DNA of 64,000 nt from Macrostomum lignano. Its lineage: Eukaryota. A model generated the notes under the pieces. It was given only the letters and a program-made list of their open reading frames with translations, was not told where the DNA came from and ran no database searches. Made by a program: the position numbers and the translations under genes. Positions within the stretch are counted from its first letter, which is position 1. Every line of letters starts with the position of its first letter. Positions 1-13,650 of the stretch are shown piece after piece. The stretch spans positions 248,001 through 312,000 of the forward strand of contig NIVC01000012.1 in assembly GCA_002269645.1 (NCBI GenBank). The letters run 5' to 3'.

Positions 1-2120
1 GACACTAGGACAGACACCAGGACAGACACTGAGACAGACACTAAGACAGACACTAGGACAGACACTAGAACAGACACTGAGACAGACACTAAGACAGACA
101 CTAAGACAGACACTAGCACAGACACCGAAACAGACACTGAGACAGATACTGAGACAGACACTAGGACAGACACTAGGACAGACACTAGAACAGACACTGG
201 GACAGACACCAGGACAGACACTAAGACAGACACTGAGACAGACACTAGGACAGACACCAGGACAGACACTAAGACAGACACTGAGACAGACACTGAGACA
301 GACACTAGGACAGACACCAGGACAGACACTGAGACAGACAATAAGACAGACACCAGGACAGACACCAGGACAGACACTAGGACAGACACTAAGACAGACA
401 CTAAGACAGACACCAGGACAGACACCAGGACAGACACCAGGACAGACACTAAGACAGAAACTAAGACAGACACCAGGACAGACACCAGGACAGACACTGA
501 GACAGACACTAAGACAGACACCAGGACAGACACTAGGACAGACACCAGGACAGACACCAGGACAGACACCAGGACAGACACTAGGACAGACACTAGGACA
601 GACACCAGGACAGACACCAGGACAGACACCAGGACAGACACCAGGACAGACACTAGGACAGACACCAGGACAGACACTAGGAGAGACACCAGGACAGACA
701 CTAGGACAGACACCAGGACAGACACCAGGACAGACACCAGGACAGACACCAGGACAGACACTAGGACAGACACCAGGACAGACACTAGGACAGACACCAG
801 GACAGACACCAGGACAGACACCAGGACAGACACTGAGACAGACACCAGGACAGACACTAGGACAGACACGAGGACAGACACTAGCACAGACACTAGGAAA
901 GATACTGGGACAGACACTAGGACCGACACCGGGACAGACACTAGGACAGACACTAGGACAGACACTAGGACAGACACCAGGACAGACACTAGCACAGACA
1001 CTAGGAAAGATACTGGAACAGACACAGGGACAGACACTGGGACAGACACCAGGACAGACACTAGGACAGACAGTAGGACAGACACCAGGACAGACACTAG
1101 GACAGACACTTGGACAGACACTAGGACAGACACTGAGACAGACAATAAGACAGACACCAGGACAGACACTGAGACAGACACTAAGACAGACACCAGGACA
1201 GACACTAAGACAGACACCAGGACAGACACTAGGACAGACACCAGGACAGACACTAGGACAGACACTAGGACAGACACCAGGACAGACACTGAGACAGACA
1301 CTAAGGCAGACACCAGGACAGACACTAAGACAGACACTGAGACAGACACTGAGACAGACACTAGGACAGACACCAGGACAGACACTGAGACAGACACTAG
1401 GACAGAAACTAGGACAGACACTAGGACAGACACTAGTACAGACACCAGGACAGACACTAGGACAGACACCAGGACAGACACTGAGACAGACACTAAGACA
1501 GACACCAGGACAGACACTAAGACAGACACTAAGACAGACACCAGGACAGACACTAAGACAGACACCAGGACAGACACTGAGACAGACACTAAGACAGACA
1601 CCAGGACAGACACTAGGACAGACACCAGGACAGACACCAGGACAGACACCAGGACAGACACTAGGACAGACACTAGGACAGACACTAAGTCAGACACCAG
1701 GACAGACACCAGGACAGACACTGAGACAGACACTAAGACAGAAACCAGGACAGACACTAGGACAGACACCAGGACAGACACCAGGACAGACACCAGGACA
1801 GACACTAGGACAGACACTAGGACAGACACCAGGACAGACACCAGGACAGACACCAGGACAGACACTAGGACAGACACCAGGACAGACACCAGGACAGACA
1901 CTAGGACAGACACCAGGACAGACACTAGGACAGACAACAGGACAGACACTAGGACAGACACCAGGACAGACACCAGGACAGACACTAGGACAGACACCAG
2001 GACAGACACTAGGACAGACACTAGGACAGACACTAGGACAGACACCAGGACAGACACCAGGACAGACACCAGGACAGACACCAGGACAGACACCAGGACA
2101 GACACCAGGACAGACACTAG
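1..2120. repeat. 12-bp tandem minisatellite (GACAGACAC[T/C][A/G][G/A]), truncated by window start
   Basis: Continuous 12-nt periodicity: gacagacactag / gacagacaccag / gacagacactaa / gacagacactga. Confidence 0.97.
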
Positions 2121-2937
2121 GATGGTGTGTGGTAAAACCCTGTTTTGACGTTATGCCATTTCGTACCGGCGATTTATCGTTGTTAAATAAGTTGAATAAA
2201 ATTAACGCAAAGATTTTGTGACAGGCGTTGTAAAGTTTTAACTTTAGGTAGTAAATTTTGATTACGCAATATTTTAATCTGGTCGATTTCAGCGCGTGAC
2301 CCATCCGCTGATGTTATCAAGTAACAGTCTCTTCAGTTTGACCTTAACCTTGGCTTCTACCTTTTACAAAACAATGTCTCCAGTAAACCAGAAGCTACAC
2401 AAAATTGCCGAGTGCAAAAGATGCTAAAGGTAGTTAATTTTTGACCAGATATTTGCAGCCGCAAAGAGAGCCTGTTATCCTCAGTGACCCTAAATTTGTT
2501 CCTGTGGTTCAGCCAGTATTTTCCTTAAGCCAGTAAAGTGCCTCTTGGCCAAGATCAGGTACTCGTTAATCACAAGGATTGTTTCTTTTCGGAAGACCAG
2601 GGGTCTTTCGCCCGCGATATGGATACCAACAGCTGACCTGCAGGGAGCCAATGAACCTACCTAGCTGGCGTCGCTGATATTTATATCAGCAAGCATTGAC
2701 GACTTCTATTGCGGCAGAGCGCAATCAGAATCAACATTGACCAGTCCTCGTACCAGCTAGCAGTTCAAAAGTAAATATATTTACTTTCGTATTTTTTGGC
2801 AATTTTAAAAGTACATGGCCAGTTTAATTTCAGTATAGTTTCTTAGAAAAGAGCTGAAGGCACTGGAAAAATAAGATTTTTTGTCGATTGAATTTGTCTA
2901 GGGCAAAAGTCCATTCAGCGCTATGCATTCTCTAGAG

Positions 2938-3050
2938 CAGGTACTGGCAACCTCCGGCCCGTGAGCCACATGTGGCCCGGAAAGCCTCTCTATCCTCTCT
3001 ATCCTCTCTAACTTCGAAACTTCACAATAGCAATCCGGCCCGCTCAAGGC
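2938..3050 (+). mobile_element. Left end of a hAT (Charlie-like) non-autonomous element
   Basis: CAGGTACTGGCAACCTCCGGCCC start, immediately preceded by CTCTAGAG (hAT-Charlie-type target). Internal motifs aaagcctctctatcc and caatagcaa are shared with copies at 46982 and 54835. Confidence 0.55.
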
Positions 3051-3915
3051 TCCCTTCTCTCTAATCTCCTCTCTCGTCTCTTTTCTCTCCTCTCCTCTCC
3101 TCTCGTCTCCTCTCTCCTCCTCTCCTCTCCTCTCCTCTCCTCTCCTCTCGTCTCCTCTCTCCTCTCCTCTCCTCTCCTCTCCTCTCCTCTCCTCTCCTCT
3201 CCTCTCGTCTCCTCCTCTCCTCTCCTCTCCTCTCTCCTCTCGTCTCCTCTCTCCTCTCCTCTCCTGCTATCCTCTCCTCTCCTCTCTCCTCCTCTCCTCT
3301 CGTCTCCTCTCTCCTCTCCTCTCCTGCTATCCTCTCCTCTCCTCTCCTCTCTCCTCTCTCCTGCTTTTCCTCTCCTCTCTCCTCTCGTCTCCTCTCTCCT
3401 CTCCTCTCCTGCTATCCTCTCCTCTCCTCTCTCCTCCTCTCCTCTCGTCTCCTCTCTCCTCTCCTCTCCTGCTATCCTCTCCTCTCCTCTCTCCTCCTCT
3501 CCTCTCGTCTCCTCTCTCCTCTCCTCTCCTGCTATCCTCTCCTCTCCTCTCCTCTCTCCTCTCTCCTGCTTTTCCTCTCCTCTCTCCTCTCCTCTCCTCT
3601 CTCCTCTCTCCTCCTTTTCCTCTCCTCTCCTCTCCTCTCCTCTCCTATCCTCTCCTCTCCTCTCCTCTCCTCTCCTCTCCTCTCCTCTCCTCTCCTCTCC
3701 TCTCCTCTCCTCTCCTCTCCTCTCCTCTCCCCTCCTCTCCTCTCCTCTCCTCTCCCCTCCTCTCCTCTCCTCTCATCTCCTCTCCTCTCCTCTCCTCTCC
3801 TCTCCTCTCCTATCTCCTCTCCTCTCTCCTCCTCTCCTCTCGTCTCCTCTCCCTCTCGTCTCCTCTCTCGTCTCCTCTCTCCTCCTATCCTCTCCTCTCC
3901 TCTCTCCTCTTCTCT
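3050..3915. repeat. CT-rich (CTCTC-type) microsatellite
   Basis: Almost pure C/T, with (TCTCC)n stretches. Confidence 0.95.
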
Positions 3916-4120
3916 GTTCTATATTTTCTATCAAAATAAATGCACAGCTTTTACGTCATTTTCTACTCAAGTTTTAACAACTTGCTTTTAAAATGTCAAA
4001 ATTAGATTTTATGTTTAAACTAGTTCCATCGAAACAGAAGTGTTTTGAAAAGCGTTACAGTGTATAATAAATCAATGTTCCGGATTCGTATACCAGAAGA
4101 AACAATAATGATTCACTCAC

Positions 4121-4243
4121 GTCTAATACACGATTTTTCATAATTCGAATCAGGATCCCGGAGCTGGCTTGGCTGATGCGCTGGTAGCACTGGAACGCTA
4201 CGCTGTTCTCGTCTCCGCAATCTCCAGTGAGAACAAAAACCAC
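4121..4243 (-). CDS. HMCN1: Hemicentin exon 3 (VWA domain, VVFVLTGDC...RVLD)
   Basis: Acceptor tag|GTG at 4243 and donor GTGAGT after 4121; 41 codons, phase 0/0. Matches hemicentin VVFVLTGDC. Later exons were not found in the window. Confidence 0.9.
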
Positions 4244-4314
4244 CTATCCCGTGTGTGCATTAATTAATTAGCTGACGAATTCTATTGCTCAATTATATTT
4301 TAGTCATCACATAC

Positions 4315-4544
4315 CTGACTCTCTTTCCGTTGAATGAGTTCAAGAACTGAGTCAAGCAGTTCCGGATCTTTCGCGCTGGCGTCGGTGAACACGTAGATGA
4401 AGGAGCGCGGCTGTGCAGCCTCCAGTGCCAGCTTGATGCCCTGCAGTGTCGCTTCGGGGCAGTCGCCGCCTCCTTGCACGAATATGTCCTCGATCATTTC
4501 TTGGAATTCCTCCGGGTCGTTGGTGACCTGCGGCTGGCTGACCA
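4315..4544 (-). CDS. HMCN1: Hemicentin exon 2 (VQGGGDCPE...FIYVFTDASAKD...LIQRKESQ)
   Basis: Acceptor cgcag|TG (phase 1) completes the G left by exon 1; donor GTATGT. Motifs GGGDCPE and FIYVFTDA are as in the hemicentin N-terminal VWA domain. Confidence 0.93.
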
Positions 4545-4590
4545 CTGCGAGAATGAGATTGATACAGAGATAGTTAAGTGATAGCTAATG

Positions 4591-7500
4591 TTACAGTGAG
4601 CTACAGTGAGTTACAATGAGTTACAGTGAGCTACAGCGAGTTACAGCGAGTTACAGTGAGCTACAGTGAGTTAAAATGAGTTACAGTGAGCTACAGTGAG
4701 TTACAGTGAGTTACAGTGAGTTACAGTGAGCTAAAGTGAGTTACAGTGAGCTACAGTGAGTTAAAATGAGTTACAGTGAGTTACAGTGAGCTACAGTGAG
4801 TTAAAATGAGTTACAGTGAGCTACAGTGAGTTAAAATGAGTTACAGTGAGTTACAGTGAGTTACAGTGAGTTACAGTGAGTTACAGTGAGCTACAGTGAG
4901 TTACAGTGAGTTACAGTGAGTTAAAATGAGTTACAGTGAGTTACAGTGAGTTACAGTGAGTTAAAATGAGTTACAGTGAGTTACAGTGAGCTACAGTGAG
5001 TTACAGTGAGTTACAGTGAGTTACAGTGAGTTACAATGAGTTACAGTGAGTTACAGTGAGTTACAGTGAGTTACAGTGAGCTACAGTGAGTTACAGTGAG
5101 TTACAGTGAGCTACAGTGAGTTACGGTGAGCTACAGTGAGTTAAAATGAGTTACAGTGAGTTACAGTGAGCTACAGTGAGTTACAGTGAGTTACAGTGAG
5201 TTACAGTGAGTTACAATGAGTTACAGTGAGTTACAGTGAGTTACAGTGAGTTACAGTGAGCTACAGTGAGTTACAGTGAGTTACAGTGAGCTAAAGTGAG
5301 TTACAGTGAGCTACAGTGAGTTAAAATGAGTTACAGTGAGTTACAGTGAGCTACAGTGAGTTAAAATGAGTTACAGTGAGCTACAGTGAGTTAAAATGAG
5401 TTACAGTGAGTTACAGTGAGTTACAGTGAGTTACAGTGAGTTAAAATGAGTTACAGTGAGTTACAGTGAGCTACAGTGAGTTACAGTGAGTTACAGTGAG
5501 TTACAGTGAGTTACAGTGAGCTACAGTGAGTTACAGTGAGTTACAGTGAGCTACAGTGAGTTACGGTGAGCTACAGTGAGTTACAGTGAGCTACAGTGAG
5601 TTACAGTGAGTTACAGTGAGTTACAGTGAGTTACGGTGAGCTACAGTGAGTTACAGTGAGCTACAGTGAGTTACAGTGAGTTACAGTGAGTTACAGTGAG
5701 TTACAGTAAGTTAAAATGAGTTACAGTGAGCTACAGTGAGTTACAGTGAGCTACAGTGAGTTACAGTGAGTTACAGTGAGTTACAGTGAGTTACAGTGAG
5801 CTACAGTGAGTTACAGTAAGTTAAAATGAGTTACATTGAGTTACAGTGAGTTACAGTGAGCTACAGTGAGTTACAGTGAGTTACAGTGAGCTACAGTGAG
5901 TTACAGTGAGTTACAGTGAGCTACAGTGAGTAACGGTGAGCTACAGTGAGTTACAGTGAGCTACAGTGAGTTACAGTGAGCTACAGTGAGTTACAGTGAG
6001 CTACAGTGAGTTAAAATGAGTTACAGTGAGTTACAGTGAGTTACAGTGAGCTACAGTGAGTTACAGTGAGTTACAGTGAGTTACAGTGAGTTACGGTGAG
6101 CTACAGTGAGTTACAGTGAGTTACAGTGAGCTACAGTGAGTTACGGTGAGCTACAGTGAGTTACAGTGAGTTACAGTGAGTTACAGTGAGTTACAGTGAG
6201 CTACAGTGAGCTACAGTGAGCTACAGTGAGTTACAGTGAGTTACGGTGAGCTACAGTGAGTTACAGTGAGTTACAGTGAGTTACGGTGAGTTACAATGAT
6301 GAGTTACAGTGAGTTACAGTGAGTTACAGTGAGTTACGGTGAGCTACAGTGAGTTACAGTGAGTTACAGTGAGTTACAATGATGAGTTACAGTGAGTTAC
6401 AGTGAGTTACAGTGAGTTACAGTGAGCTACAGTGAGTTACAGTGAGTTACGGTGAGTTACAATGATGAGTTACAGTGATTTACAGTGAGCTACAGTGAGT
6501 TACGGTCAGCTACAGTGAGTTACAGTGAGTTACAGTGAGCTACAGTGAGTAACGGTGAGCTACAGTGAGTTACAGTGAGCTACAGTGAGTTACAGTGAGC
6601 TACAGTGAGTTACAGTGAGCTACAGTGAGTTAAAATGAGTTACAGTGAGTTACAGTGAGTTACAGTGAGTTACGGTGAGCTACAGTGAGCTACAGTGAGT
6701 TACAGTGAGTTACAATGATGAGTTACAGTGAGTTACAGTGAGTTACAGTGAGTTACGGTGAGCTACAGTGAGTTACAGTGAGTTACAGTGAGCTACAGTG
6801 AGTTACAGTGAGTTACAGTGAGTTACAGTGAGTTACAATGGTGAGTTACAGTGAGTTACAGTGAGTTACAGTGAATTACAGTGAGTTACAGTGAGTTACG
6901 GTGAGCTACAGTGAGTTACAGTGAGTTACAATGATGAGTTACAGTGAGTTACAGTGAGTTACAGTGAGTTACAGTGAGTTACAGTGAGTTACAGTGAGTT
7001 ACAGTGAGTTACAGTGAGTTACGGTGAGCTACAGTGAGTTACAGTGAGTTACAATGATGAGTTACAGTGAGTTACAGTGAGTTACAGTGAGCTACAGTGA
7101 GTTACAGTGAGTAACGGAGAGCTACAGTGATGAGCTACAGTGAGTTACAGTGAGTTACAGTGAGTTACAGTGAGTTACAGTGAGTTACAATGATGAGTTA
7201 CAGTGAGTTACAGTGAGCTACAGTGATGAGCTACAGTGAGTTACAGTGAGTTACAGTGAGCTACAGTGAGTTACAGTGAGTTACAGTGAGTTACAGTGAG
7301 TTACAGTGAGTTACAGTGAGTTACAGTGAGCTACAGTGAGTTACAGTGATGAGCTACAGTGAGTTACAGTGAGTTACAGTGAGTTACAGTGAGTTACAGT
7401 GAGTTACAATGATGAGTTACAGTGAGTTACAGTGAGCTACAGTGAGTTACAGTGAGCTACAGTGAGTTACAGTGAGTTACAATGATGAGTTACAGTGAGT

Positions 7501-10500
7501 TACAGTGAGTTACAGTGAGTTACAGTGAGTTACAGTGAGCTACAGTGAGTTACAGTGAGTTACAGTGAGTTACAATGAGTTACAGTGAGTTACAGTGAGT
7601 TACAGTGAGTTACAGTGAGTTACAGTGAGTTACAGTGAGTTACAGTGAGTTACGGTGAGCTACAGTGAGTTACAGTGAGTTACAATGATGAGTTACAGTG
7701 AGTTACAGTGAGTTACAGTGAGTTACAGTGAGTTACAGTGAGCTACAGTGAGTTACAGTGAGTTACAGTGAGTTACAGTGAGTTACAGTGAGCTACAGTG
7801 AGTTACAGTGAGCTACAGTGAGTTACAGTGAGCTACAGTGAGTTACAGTGATGAGCTACAGTGAGTTACAGTGAGTTAAAATGAGTTACAGTGAGTTACA
7901 GTGAGTTACAGTGAGTTACAGTGAGTTACAGTGAGCTACAGTGAGTTACAATGATGAGTTACAATGAGTTACAGTGAGTTACAGTGAGTTACAGTGAGTT
8001 ACAGTGAGCTACAGTGAGTTACAGTGAGCTACAGTGAGTTACAGTGAGTTACAGTGAGTTACAGTGAGTTACAGTGAGCTACAGTGAGTTACGGTGAGTT
8101 ACAATGAGTTACAGTGAGTTACAGTGAGTGACAGTGAGCTACAGTGAGCTACAGTGAGTTACGGTGAGCTACAGTGAGTTACAGTGAGTTACAGTGAGCT
8201 ACAGTGAGTTACGGTGAGCTACAGTGAGTTACAGTGAGTTACAGTGAGTTACGGTGAGCTACAGTGAGTTACGGTGAGCTACAGTGAGTTACAGTGAGCT
8301 ACAGTGAGTTACAGTGAGTTACGGTGAGCTACAGTGAGTTACAGTGAGTTACAGTGAGTTACAATGATGAGTTACAGTGAGTTACAGTGAGTTACAGTGA
8401 GTTACGGTGAGCTACAGTGAGTTTCAGTGAGTTACAGTGAGTTACGGTGAGCTACAGTGAGTTACAGTGAGTTACAGTGAGTTACAATGATGAGTTACAG
8501 TGAGTTACAGTGAGTTACAGTGAGTTACGGTGAGCTACAGTGAGTTTCAGCGAGTTACAGTGAGCTACAGTGAGCTACAGTGAGTTACAGTGAGTTACAG
8601 TGAGTTACAATGATGAGTTACAGTGAGTTTCAGTGAGTTACAGTGAGCTACAGTGAGTTACAGTGAGCTACAGTGAGCTACAGTGAGTTACAGTGAGTTA
8701 CAGTGAGTTACAGTGAGCTACAGTGAGTTACAGTGAGTTACAGTGAGTTACAGTGAGTTACAATGATGAGTTACAGTGAGTTACAGTGAGTTACAGTGAG
8801 TTACGGTGAGCTACAGTGAGTTACAGTGAGTTACAGTGAGTTACAGTGAGTTACAGTGAGTTACAGTGAGTTACAGTGAGTTACAGTGAGTTACAGTGAG
8901 TTACAGTGAGTTACAGTGAGTTACAGTGAGTTACAGTGAGTTACAGTGAGTAACAATGATGAGTTACAGTGAGTTACAGTGGGTTACAGTGAGTTACAGT
9001 AAGTTACAGTGAGTTACAGTGAGTTACAGTGAGCTACAGTGAGTTACAGTGAGTTACAGTGATGAGTTACAGTGAGTTACAGTGAGTTACAGTGAGTTAC
9101 AGTGAGTTACAGTGAGTTACAGTGAGTTACAATGATGAGTTACAGTGAGTTACAGTGAGTTACAGTGAGTTACAGTGAGTTACAATGATGAGTTACAGTG
9201 AGTTACAGTGAGTTACAGTGAGTTACAGTGAGCTACAGTGAGTTACAGTGAGTTACAGTGAGTTACAGTGAGTTACAGTGAGTTAAAATGAGTTACAGTG
9301 AGTTACAGTGAGTTACAGTGAGTTAAAATGAGTTACAGTGAGTTACAGTGAGTTACAGTGAGCTACAGTGAGTTACAGTGAGTTACAGTGAGCTACAGTG
9401 AGTTACGGTGAGCTACAGTGAGTTACAGTGAGCTACAGTGAGTTACAGTGAGTTACAGTGAGTTACAGTGAGTTACGGTGAGCTACAGTGAGTTACAGTG
9501 AGCTACAGTGAGTTACAGTGAGTTACAGTGAGTTAAAATGAGTTACAGTGAGTTACAGTGAGTTACAGTGAGCTACAGTGAGTTACAGTGAGTTACAGTG
9601 AGTTACAGTGAGTTACAGTGAGCTACAGTGAGTTACAGTGAGTTAAAATGAGTTACAGTGAGTTACAGTGAGTTACAGTGAGCTACAGTGAGTTACAGTG
9701 AGTTACAGTGAGCTACAGTGAGTTTCAGTGAGTTACAGTGAGCTACAGTGAGTTACAGTGAGCTACAGTGAGTTACAGTGAGCTACAGTGAGTTAAAATG
9801 AGTTACAGTGAGTTACAGTGAGTTACAGTGAGCTACAGTGAGTTACAGTTAGTTACAGTGAGTTACAGTGAGTTACGGTGAGCTACAGTGAGTTACAGTG
9901 AGTTACAGTGAGCTACAGTGAGTTACGGTGAGCTACAGTGAGTTACAGTGAGTTACAGTGAGTTACAGTGAGTTACAGTGAGCTACAGTGAGCTACAGTG
10001 AGTTACAGTGAGTTACAGTGATTTACAGTGAGCTACAGTGAGTTACAGTGAGTTACAGTGAGTTACGGTGAGCTACAGTGAGTTACAGTGAGTTACAGTG
10101 AGTTACAGTGAGTTACAGTGAGTTACAGTGAGTTACAGTGAGTTACAGTGATTTACAGTGAGCTACAGTGAGTTACAGTGAGTTACAGTGAGTTACGGTG
10201 AGCTACAGTGAGTTACAGTGAGTTACAGTGAGTTACAGTGAGTTACAGTGAGCTACAGTGAGTTACAGTGAGTTACAGTGAGTTACAGTGAGTTACGGTG
10301 AGCTACAGTGAGTTACAGTGAGTTACAGTGAGCTACAGTGAGTTACGGTGAGCTACAGTGAGTTACAGTGAGTTACAGTGAGTTACGGTGAGCTACAGTG
10401 AGTTACGGTGAGCTACAGTGAGTTACAGTGAGCTACAGTGAGTTACAGTGAGTTACGGTGAGCTACAGTGAGTTACAGTGAGTTACAGTGAGTTACAATG

Positions 10501-13500
10501 ATGAGTTACAGTGAGTTACAGTGAGTTACAGTGAGTTACGGTGAGCTACAGTGAGTTTCAGTGAGGTACAGTGAGTTACGGTGAGCTACAGTGAGTTACA
10601 GTGAGTTACAGTGAGTTACAATGATGAGTTACAGTGAGTTACAGTGAGTTACAGTGAGTTACGGTGAGCTACAGTGAGTTACAGCGAGTTACAGTGAGCT
10701 ACAGTGAGCTACAGTGAGTTACAGTGAGTTACAGTGAGTTACAATGATGAGTTACAGTGAGTTTCAGTGAGTTACAGTGAGCTACAGTGAGTTACAGTGA
10801 GCTACAGTGAGCTACAGTGAGTTACAGTGAGTTACAGTGAGTTACAGTGAGCTACAGTGAGTTACAGTGAGTTACAGTGAGTTACAGTGAGTTACAATGA
10901 TGAGTTACAGTGAGTTACAGTGAGTTACAGTGAGTTACGGTGAGCTACAGTGAGTTACAGTGAGTTACAGTGAGTTACAGTGAGTTACAGTGAGTTACAG
11001 TGAGTTACAGTGAGTTACAGTGAGTTACAGTGAGTTACAGTGAGTTACAGTGAGTTACAGTGAGTTACAATGATGAGTTACAGTGAGTTACAGTGAGTTA
11101 CAGTGACTTACAGTGAGTTACAGTGAGTTACAGTGAGTTACAGTGAGCTACAGTGAGTTACAGTGAGTTACAGTGATGAGTTACAGTGAGTTACAGTGAG
11201 TTACAGTGAGTTACAGTGAGTTACAGTGAGTTACAGTGAGTTACAATGATGAGTTACAGTGAGTTACAGTGAGTTACAGTGAGTTACAGTGAGTTACAGT
11301 GAGTTACAGTGAGTTAAAATGAGTTACAGTGAGTTACAGTGAGTTACAGTGAGCTACAGTGAGTTACAGTGAGTTACAGTGAGCTACAGTGAGTTACGGT
11401 GAGCTACAGTGAGTTACAGTGAGCTACAGTGAGTTACAGTGAGTTACAGTGAGTTACAGTGAGTTACGGTGAGCTACAGTGAGTTACAGTGAGCTACAGT
11501 TAGTTACAGTGAGTTACAGTGAGTTAAAATGAGTTACAGTGAGTTACAGTGAGTTACAGTGAGTTACAGTGAGCTACAGTGAGTTACAGTGAGTTACAGT
11601 GAGCTACAGTGAGTTACGGTGAGCTACAGAGAGTTACAGTGAGCTACAGTGAGTTACAGTGAGCTACAGTGAGTTACAGTGAGCTACAGTGAGTTAAAAT
11701 GAGTTACAGTGAGTTACAGTGAGTTACAGTGAGCTACAGTGAGTTACAGTGAGTTACAGTGAGTTACAGTGAGTTACGGTGAGCTACAGTGAGTTACAGT
11801 GAGTTACAGTGAGCTACAGTGAGTTACGGTGAGCTACAGTGAGTTACAGTGAGTTACAGTGAGTTACAGTGAGTTACAGTGAGCTACAGTGAGCTACAGT
11901 GAGTTACAGTGAGTTACAGTGATTTACAGTGAGCTACAGTGAGTTACAGTGAGTTAAAATGAGTTACAGTGAGTTACAGTGAGTTACAGTGAGTTACAGT
12001 GAGTGACAGTTAGCTACAGTGAGCTACAGTGAGTTACGGTGAGCTACAGTGAGTTACAGTGAGCTACAGTGAGTTAAAATGAGTTACAGTGAGTTACAGT
12101 GAGCTACAGTGAGTTACAGTGAGTTACAGTGAGTTACGGTGAGCTACAGTGAGTTACGGTGAGCTACAGTGAGTTACAGTGAGCTACAGTGAGTTACAGT
12201 GAGTTACGGTGAGCTACAGTGAGTTACAGTGAGTTACAGTGAGTTACAATGATGAGTTACAGTGAGTTACAGTGAGCTACAGTGAGTTACAGTGAGTTAC
12301 AGTGAGTTACAATGATGAGTTACAGTGAGTTACGGTGAGCTACAGTGAGTTTCAGCGAGTTACAGTGAGCTACAGTGAGCTACAGTGAGTTACAGTGAGT
12401 TAGAGTGAGTTACAATGATGAGTTACAGTGAGTTACAGTGAGTTACAGTGAGTTACAATGATGAGTTACAGTGAGTTACAGTGAGTTACAGTGAGTTACG
12501 GTGAGCTACAGTGAGTTTCAGTGAGTTACAGTGAGCTACAGTGAGTTACAGTGAGTTACAGTGAGTTACAATGATGAGTTACAGTGAGTTTCAGTGAGTT
12601 ACAGTGAGCTACAGTGAGTTACAGTGAGCTACAGTGAGCTACAGTGAGTTACAGTGAGTTACAGTGAGTTACAGTGAGCTACAGTGAGTTACAGTGAGTT
12701 ACAGTGAGTTACAGTGAGTTACAGTGAGTTACAGTGAGTTACAGTGAGTTACAGTGAGTTACAGTGAGTTACAGTGAGTTACAGTGAGTTACAGTGAGTT
12801 ACAGTGAGTTACAGTGAGTTACAGTGAGTTACAGTGAGTTACAGTGAGTTACAGTGAGTTACAGTGAGTTACAGTGAGTTACAGTGAGTTACAGTGAGTT
12901 ACAGTGAGTTACAATGATGAGTTACAGTGAGTTACAGTGAGCTACAGTGAGTTACAGTGATGAGCTACAGTGAGTTACAGTGAGCTACAGTGAGTTACAG
13001 TGAGTTAAAGTGATGAGTTACAGTGAGTTACAGTGAGTTACAGTGAGTTACAGTGAGTTACAGTGAGTTACAGTGAGTTACAGTGAGTTACAGTGAGTTA
13101 CAATGATGAGTTACAGTGAGTTACAGTGAGCTACAGTGAGTTACAGTGATGAGCTACAGTGAGTTACAGTGAGCTACAGTGAGTTACAGTGAGTTAAAGT
13201 GATGAGTTACAGTGAGTTACAGTGAGTTACAGTGAGTTACAGTGAGTTACAGTGAGTTACAATGATGAGTTACAGTGAGTTACAGTGAGTTACAGTGAGT
13301 TACAGTGAGTTACAGTGAGTTACAATGATGAGTTACAGTGAGTTACAGTGAGTTACAGTGAGTTACAGTGAGTTACAGTGAGTTACAGTGAGTTACAGTG
13401 AGCTACAGTGAGTTACAATGATGAGTTACAATGAGTTACAGTGAGTTACAATGAGTTACAGTGAGTTACAGTGAGTGACAGTGAGTTACAGTGAGTGACA

Positions 13501-13640
13501 GTGAGTTACAGTGAGTTACAGTGAGCTACAGTGAGTTACAATGATGAGTTACAATGAGTTACAGTGATTTACAGTGAGTTACAGTGAGTTACAGTGAGTT
13601 ACAGTGAGTTACAGTGAGTTACAGTGAGTGACAGTGAGTA
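4591..13640. repeat. ~9-kb 10-bp satellite (TTACAGTGAG)n filling hemicentin intron 1
   Basis: Units ttacagtgag, ctacagtgag, ttaaaatgag, ttacggtgag and the 13-bp variant ttacaatgatgag. Confidence 0.98.
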
Positions 13641-13650
13641 GACTCCTTAC

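Noticed and set aside
1690-2304. ORF with CPGV/CPSV repeats
   Set aside because: It is a translation of the 12-bp minisatellite; there is no non-repetitive domain.
2121-2900. Possible hemicentin exon 4 in unique sequence
   Set aside because: Phase-0 candidates on the - strand hit stops within ~16 codons and show no clear hemicentin similarity.
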